From: the human T2T-CHM13v2.0 reference genome, Homo sapiens
Length of the DNA stretch: 64,000 nucleotides
NCBI RefSeq assembly: GCF_009914755.1
Contig: NC_060928.1
Reading direction: 5' to 3' (one strand)
Positions 56,871 to 64,000 of this stretch are shown here, in pieces. Numbering within the stretch: the stretch's first letter is position 1; each line of letters begins with the position of its first letter. The position numbers and the translations under genes were made by a program. Under the pieces are notes generated by a model that worked only from the letters and a program-made list of their open reading frames with translations, had not been told where the DNA came from and did not search any database.

Positions 56871-57539
56871 CCTGCGCCCACTGTCTGGCACTCCCTAGTG
56901 AGATGAACCCGGTACCTCAGATGGAAATGCAGAAATCACCCGTCTTCTGTGTCACTCACGCTGGGAGCTGTAGACCAGAGCTATTCCTATTCGGCCATCT
57001 TGGCTCCTCCCCCAGATCTGATGGTTTTATAAGGGGCTTCCCCCTTCACTTGGCACTCATTCTCTCTCCTGCCACCTTCTGAAGATGTGCCTTTTGACAT
57101 GATTGTAAATTTCCTGAGCCCACCCTCAAGCCATGCAGAACTGTGAGTTAATTAGACCTCTTTTCTTTATAAATTACCCAGTCTTGGGTATTTCTTCATA
57201 GCAGTTTCAAAACAGACTAATACACCCTTCTTGTAAGGTAAGGAGTGAGCTCTCCCTCTGAGTTCAGGCAAGATCTGATTACTTAAAGGAATGTGGCACC
57301 TCCTCTATCTCTTTTTTGCTTCCTCTGTCTTGCTTTCTCTCTTGCTTTGGAACATGCCTGCTCACCCTTTGCCTTCCACCATGATTGTAAGCTTCCTGGG
57401 CCCTCAACAGAAGCAGATGCCGACACTAAGCTTCCTGTATGGCCTGCAGAGCCAATAGTCAAAATAAGCTTTTTTTCTTTATAAATTAACTCGTCTCAGG
57501 TATTTCTTTATAGCAGTGCAAATAGACTAACACAAGAGT

Positions 57540-58800
57540 ATTTCAATGTCATCTAGTTTTCCATTGTTTCTAGTGAGAAATCAGTGGTTATTTGAATCTT
57601 TTTTAATATAATTTGTCATATTTCTCTCAGGACATTATTTTCAGTTTTCAGAAATTTGTGATATAGTTATGCTTTTATTAAAACATTTAGTTGTTTTTAA
57701 TTTTGTTTCAAACTGAATGATCTTGAATTTAAAAATTCATGTTTATCACTACGTTTCTGAAATGCATTTCATATTTCTTCAGATGTTATTTCTGCAGCCA
57801 TTTGTTTTCCTCTTTTTCTATGTATCATTTAAATGTGTATTATAACTTTTGTATTGATCCACAGGTTTCATAAGTTCTATTCATTTTGTTAAATCTATTT
57901 TCTCCCCCTTTTTCAGAATTGGATATTTTCTAATGATCAATTTGTATATATACTGTTTCTTTGATAATTTTTAATATGTTGTTAAGCCCATATAGTGATT
58001 ATTTTAAGGCCAGATATTTTATTTTTCAGATTTAAAATTTTAGCTTTAATATATTTTTTATTTATCCACTCAGATTTCCTATCTTTACATTTATTATGAG
58101 CCTATTTTTTCTTTGTATTCTAGTGTATAGTAATAATAATCATTTTAAAACTCTGTTAATTTCATCTTTTGAGACAACTTCAGCTTTTTCTCTATTGATT
58201 TTTTTTAAATTTGGATCATTTATTCTTATTTATTTATATATGAGTAATTTTGGAGTGTAACCTGGACATTGTGGAACATACATACTGGAGGCTCTGAATT
58301 CTGTTTTGTTTTTCTGAAGATGATTTCCTTTTCTCCCAATTAAACAGCTGAACTCAGTCTGGAAGATCTGTATCCTCTCCAGTGAGCAGCATCTGAATTC
58401 TAGCTTCAATTATTTTAGCCTGAAATGGTCTTTTTGGCATCTGCTTTACAGGTGCATGGTCAATAGATCTACCAGAGATATGAATTGAGTTTACACACAG
58501 TATTTGGTACTACTCTTTTCTGTGCCTCTCCTTTCTTGAATATCACCCCTTCAATTTCTTATGGGTCAGGAATTCAAACTCTGTCCTCTGGTTCATCCAG
58601 TTAACAAGACTACACACTGAAGAAATAAACTGTAGCTTTACCACAAGACGAAGTGTGGTGCTTGACTGTGTCCTCAAGCAGAACGCTTGTAAAATGTGAA
58701 ACTTAACCAATGCATATACATTGCTGAAAGTTTTGCTATCCCTTTAATATCTGCCTAAGTTTTGTCTTTCTGATTTTTTAAAGATAATTTTCAAAGATAT
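57540..58800 (-). mobile_element. Ancient L1M continuation
   Basis: Degenerate reverse L1 ORF1/5' sequence resuming after the MSTB TSD. Confidence 0.5.
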
Positions 58801-58974
58801 TACAAGTCCTTTCTAAAAGATTTGGTCTGATATCAGCTACTTAGCCATTATTGGAAGGAAAACTACTTAAGTCAAGTTTTAAACATGTTTGTAAATGATG
58901 AGTTGAAATTGTGCATGTAATAGTTTTTAGTATTGCTTTTACTTGCATCCTAACTAGAATTATCATATAACCCC

Positions 58975-59421
58975 TGTGATGGTTAATACTGAGTGTCAAC
59001 TTGGTTAGATTGAAGGATGCAAAGTATTGATCCTGGGTTTGTCTGTGAGGGTGTTGCCAAAGGAAATTAACATTTGAGTCAGTGGGGTGGGAAGGGCAGA
59101 CCAACACTTAATCTGGGTGGGCAACATCTAATCAGCTGCCAGCTCATCCAGGATATAAAGCAGGCAGAAAAACTTGAAAAGGTAGACTGGCTTAGTCTCC
59201 CAGCCTACATTTCTTTCCCATACTGGATGCTTCCTGCCCTCGAACATTGCACTCCAAGTTCGTCAGCTTTAGGACTCAGACTGGCTTCCTTTCTCTTCAG
59301 CTTGCAGACTGCCTATTGTGGGACCTTGTGATCATGTGAGTTAATACTCCTTATTAAGCTCCTCTTTTTATATACAACTATCCTATTAGTTCTGTCCCTC
59401 TAGAGAACCCTGACTAATACA
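58975..59421 (+). mobile_element. MLT2A1 solo LTR (HERV-L)
   Basis: TGTGATGGTTAATACTGAGTGTCAAC...GAGAACCCTGACTAATACA; TSD ACCCC/ATCCC. Confidence 0.88.
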
Positions 59422-59672
59422 ATCCCTTCCTCCTACCTTAGACCTTTAAAAATAAATTTAAAATAGAAAATTAAGTCAGGATACTATTTAAATTGGGCAA
59501 CACAACAAAGTTTATGGGAAAAGACTGTATTTTGACCGCATGTGTTTACTGAAACTAAGCTCTCAGTTTTGGATAGTTTCTTGAATCTCTCGACAAGGTG
59601 TGCATTTTAACATTTTCATCAGTGTCTCAGTGTCTTTGTTTCTTTTCACAAATAACTTATTATTGTCTTTGT

Positions 59673-60135
59673 TCTATTAGTTGCCTAGGACTGCTATCAC
59701 AAAGTACTACAAATTGAGTGGCTTAAAACAACAGAAATACATTCTCTGTTAGTTCCAGAGTCTAGATATCTGAAACCAATGAGTTAGCAGTGCCACGCTG
59801 ACTCTGAGATTCTGGGTTAAATTGTTTTTAGCCTCTTCCTAGCTTCTGATGGTGGCCATTAATCCTTGGCATTCATTCGCTTGCAGCTGCGTCATTCCAA
59901 TATCTGCCTCTTCCATCATGTGGCCTTCTCCTTGTGTGTCTCTGTCTTCATATGGCATTGTCTTCTTTTAAAGAAACCAGTCATATTGGATTAGGGCTCA
60001 CCTTACTCTAGTATTACCTTATGCTAATTAATTACATTTGTAATGACCCTATTCCTAAATAAATTTGCATTCATGTGTACTGAGAATTAGGACTTCACAT
60101 CTTTTTTGTGGAGAGCACATTTGAATGTGTAACAT
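59673..60135 (-). mobile_element. MLT1C-type LTR
   Basis: TATTAGTTGCCTAGGACTGC...GGCTTAAAACAACAGAAAT...CAGTCATATTGGATTAGGGC. Confidence 0.78.
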
Positions 60136-60344
60136 TGTCTTTGCACAAAAAAAATGTTATATGTAGCACTCACAAACCCCTTTATCCCCTTGTGAGACAT
60201 TCTCAACTCACATATAACTAAACAGATAGAAGTGAAAAGGTCAAAATAACTTCTGTCCGAACAGAGACCTCATTTTAGCCTCTCAAACTGAACCTCCCAT
60301 TAAAAAGCTTCTGGCCTAGTCTAAACATACAAATTAAAGGTACT

Positions 60345-60945
60345 GCAGCACTCTTCCCAATACCCAAGGTATGGAATCACTTTAAGTGGTCATCAATGGT
60401 TGAATGCATAAAGAAAATGTATATACACAATATAATATTATTCAGTCATAAAAAGAATGAAATCCTGCCATTTGCAGCAACATGGGTAGAAGTGGAGAAA
60501 ATTATGTGAAATTCAATAAGCCAGACACAGAAAGACAAATATCAAGTGTTCTCACTCATATGTGGGAGCTGAAAAAAATGATCTCATAAAGGTAGTAAAT
60601 ACAATAGTGCTTACCAGAGGCTAGGAAGTGTATTAAGAAGGGGATAAAGAGCAGTTGGTTAATGGATACAAAAACACAATTAGACAGAGGGGATAAGACT
60701 GAGTGTTTGGTAGCATAATAGGGAGACTATAGTTTACAAAATTTATTACGTATTTTAAAATAGCTAGAAGAGAAGATACGGAATTTTTCCAACACAAAGG
60801 CATGATAAATATTTGACGTGATGAATATCCCAATTACCTGGATTTGATAATTATACATCATATGCTAGTATCAAAATATCACATGTACCCTATACATCTG
60901 TTCAATCATTAGGTGTGAATAAAAAATTAAAAGAATAAATAAAAC
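60345..60945 (+). mobile_element. L1MA-type 3' end
   Basis: GAAATCCTGCCATTTGCAGCAACATGG...GTATCAAAATATCACATGTACCC. Confidence 0.82.
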
Positions 60946-63334
60946 AGGCATAGAGAGACTATGTGACTTATCTAGAAACAGAGAAATCATTAACAGCACT
61001 GGGATCATGATTTAGGAATTTTGAATTTAGCAAAGTTTAAATCGAAATCCACAGGAAGTGATGAACTTAAGGTCTAATCTGTATTGTTTTGATATCTGAG
61101 ATCCAGGGAAATGGGATGCAATGTCAGTCATAATTTTGGCTGTGGCTGTCCACTAAAAACACTTTATTTGAGCTGGGGGAAAAAAGCAGCATTATAAATC
61201 TGAATCACTTTCCTAATTCATGCATAAGCCCAGTCATACTCCATGTACTTATAGTAAAGCTAAACTAAATTTTAAAGTTTACAGCAGGATTCCATAAGCA
61301 AAAACATTTCGAGTAAAAAGTCAAGAAATTAAGTCAGAATGCCTTGTACTTAAATTGAGAAACACAACCTAGGTTATAGAACAAGTCTATACCAAAACAA
61401 ATCAAGCCCATATCTGTTTTTTTTCCATTGTTAGTGAACCTGAAGAAAATGCTGGAATATATTTATTCCATTTGAGAACAACCAGAAGAGATAAGAACTG
61501 TTAGGTGAAATAAATCTCTCTAGATTTATAAGGTAAAACTTGATCACTGGTTTTTGATGGCTAACATTCACCTACTCTTTTCTTTATAGATAGTTTCTTG
61601 AATCTCTAATCAAAGAGAGCTCTTAATCTTTGCTTTCCTCAATATTTAACAACTTTTGAAAATTAAACTATGCACTTTACATTAGGTGATAATCCCCAAG
61701 ATAAGGTCCTGTCACTTTAAGAAGCAGATATTTCAGTTCCCAAACCAGACAAAGATATTTAAAAGATGCACAGAGCAACGCAAAAATTGTCAGAAGATAT
61801 TTTCCAACTGACTACATTTCTGAAGCCTTATTATTCCTTGTTTAATTGCCTGGTGCATGGCTTTTTCTCAGTGCATCATATTTTGGCTTTACCCTTCCAG
61901 TTTTACATACCGCCCTCTAGTCTTGACTAATGGCTTGACTTGCCTCTTGGGAGTAACTTCTCTCTTGACTCAAACACAGTCTTTGTCACATAAACTACTT
62001 TTCTAATCGTTGACCACAACTTGCCACTGCAGTAACTGTCCTTTCTGAAGGCTTTCTGAGGGGTACCTTTTGCTCAACCAGCCAGCTGCTCTGTTACCCT
62101 TTGCTTCCCTCCTCTGGCAATATCTAGTCATTGCAGTCGCCTTCTCAAGTTTTATTTGAGTTCTTACACATTAGAGTTCGTTTCTGACAAAGTTTATCCA
62201 TTCCTTCAAGAAATATTTATTATCAGTCAATTACTAGACAGACAGATTGTGAGGACAAAGAGTTATACAAATTAATTTTCTTTCTTGGTCATTGCTGATC
62301 TTTGAGTGGTAAAAAAAAATCCAATAATGACTTGTTTATCATTAGCATTGCCTTCTTGGACCCTCATTATCTGTATTTCCTTAATTGCCTGGGGTAGTTA
62401 TTTAGGACGTATTTTGGATAATATTATATTATAATTATTACTTTTTAATAAATTATCTTATTTATTTATTCTTTCACCTCTCACTCAATATTAATTTATA
62501 AAAATCTTATGCATTAGGGCCAAAACATTGGTGATACAATATGAACACAAGAGATCTCTAGCATAAAATTTAGCATGAAGTCTGGCAGAAACCCAGCTAT
62601 TAAGATCAGTAATTAAAATAAATTTATCTTGGAAAAAATTCAGAGTAAATTAGAAATATAAAAGAAGGAACATTTGAAGTATATAAAAAGTATTTATTTT
62701 CAAATATATACTTTCCGTATAATGAGAACATTATGCCAAAACTTCCACTAGTGTTTGCACATGCTAACATAATCATCTTTTTTTATGCTTTTATGTTTAT
62801 GCTTTCTTTTTTGTGGGGGATCTACACATTGCCCAATTCATAGAATTATAGTATATACTTTTGAAAGTAATAAAATTACATGCAATTATTTTATGTTATA
62901 TATTTTCTATTAATATATATTTTAATATTATACTGAGTTGAAAATACTGGTAATTTTTTTCAAAAATATTAAATAAATAACAGGATCATAGGCTCTGTTC
63001 TAGATACTGTCAGAGCCACACAGAACATTCAAAACAGCAATGTAGAGATACTCCTTCACTTTTTATAGGAAAGGAAAACCATTTCAGTCAAGTTTAAGGG
63101 ATTTCCTTAAGACTAAATATCTAAAAAGTGGAAGAAATGACCTTTCAGTTGAGTTTCTGCTCTATTTCCTCTTCTTTTTCACTATACTAGGAAATGAAGA
63201 TGATGACAGTATTTATTTATATGTAGCAGAATTATTCCTACATGGATTCTTGAAATTACTCTTACAATTATGCAATATTTTAAAAATGAAACACCTCCCT
63301 TCTTTCATATTTCCACTTTAATTTCATAAGGGTT

Positions 63335-63900
63335 AAATGTTCAGCCTACCCTTAATCTGTGGTGAATTCTGTGATGCACCACCCAAATCCACCTTCAATG
63401 GAGGATTTAGGTCTATTGCTGCAAACATCTTCAGCTTCCTTCCACGAAGTGTCTCTGAAGAGAAATTGCTGTGGGTTGAAGACAGTCACCTCTTCAAAGC
63501 CATGCTCCTTCTCAGGGCAACCTGCATCCAACAACTAATCAATTCTTGACCATTTCAACTCATATTGAAACAATACTGAAGAAAAAGTCTAGTTCCATAA
63601 CTCCCTGGGTGTCTGACAGTTCTGCCATTGAAGCTGCTTGCCGTATGACCTCTCCGTCTGTCCAAGCTGCTTCCTTTCTCTCTTTTCCATGGATATTAAT
63701 TCCAAGGAAGGGTTTCCTTAATTAATAACCAGCATGCTAAGCTCCATCTCAAATGAGCTGGCTTTCAGTGGTAGCAAACCTACCACTGTTAGTTAGTAGC
63801 AGATGAGGGCCAAGAAAGTAGAAACTAAGACAAAAAATTAAAGCAGAAGCATTCATCCCCCAGCTAGCAATTAGGACCTAATCCCCGGTGGTGGTCCTAT
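63335..63900 (+). mobile_element. LTR16-like LTR plus start of ERVL internal sequence
   Basis: TAATAACCAGCATGCTAAGCTCCATCTCA LTR end followed by CCAGCTAGCAATTAGGACC internal motif. Confidence 0.45.
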
Positions 63901-64000
63901 TTATTTTTTTATTTTTTTACCAGTAGTGAATTGGGATGCTTTATCTACGGAAAAGATTATATTAGCTTATGTGTTATATTAGGTGTTTGATAATTCTGGG

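Noticed and set aside
61908-61924. Second CTCF-like motif (minus strand AGACTAGAGGGCGG)
   Set aside because: Lacks the 5' CC of the core and is too weak to call

Overview
Primate (human/great-ape-like) AT-rich, gene-poor DNA made up mostly of interspersed repeats: ancient L1M/L2/MIR relics, MaLR and ERV LTRs (MSTA/MSTB, THE1C/D, MLT1, MLT2A1, MER4D, MER21C, LTR47), Tigger3/MER20 DNA-transposon relics, Alus, truncated L1PA6/7 copies and one full-length but disabled L1PA2-type element (50988-57013). That L1 sits inside a deep nest (L1M > MSTB > THE1C > L1PA6 + L1PA2). I recognise no intact host gene, tRNA or rRNA. The most anomalous signal is a non-repetitive, CpG-retaining, coding-like 660-nt frame at 11697-12356 (+). 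It has no frameshifts and no TAA/TAG, and is interrupted only by two in-frame TGA codons (codons 39 and 110). Hairpins and an AATAAA lie downstream. It could be a UGA-recoded gene or a young retro/viral pseudogene of unrecognised origin. Other points of note are a minus-strand processed-mRNA fragment (19408-20015), a tiny twin-primed L1, an L1-associated deletion, a 1.7-kb inverted L1 pair and a perfect CTCF core motif. Repeat family names are from memory of consensus sequences, not from a search.
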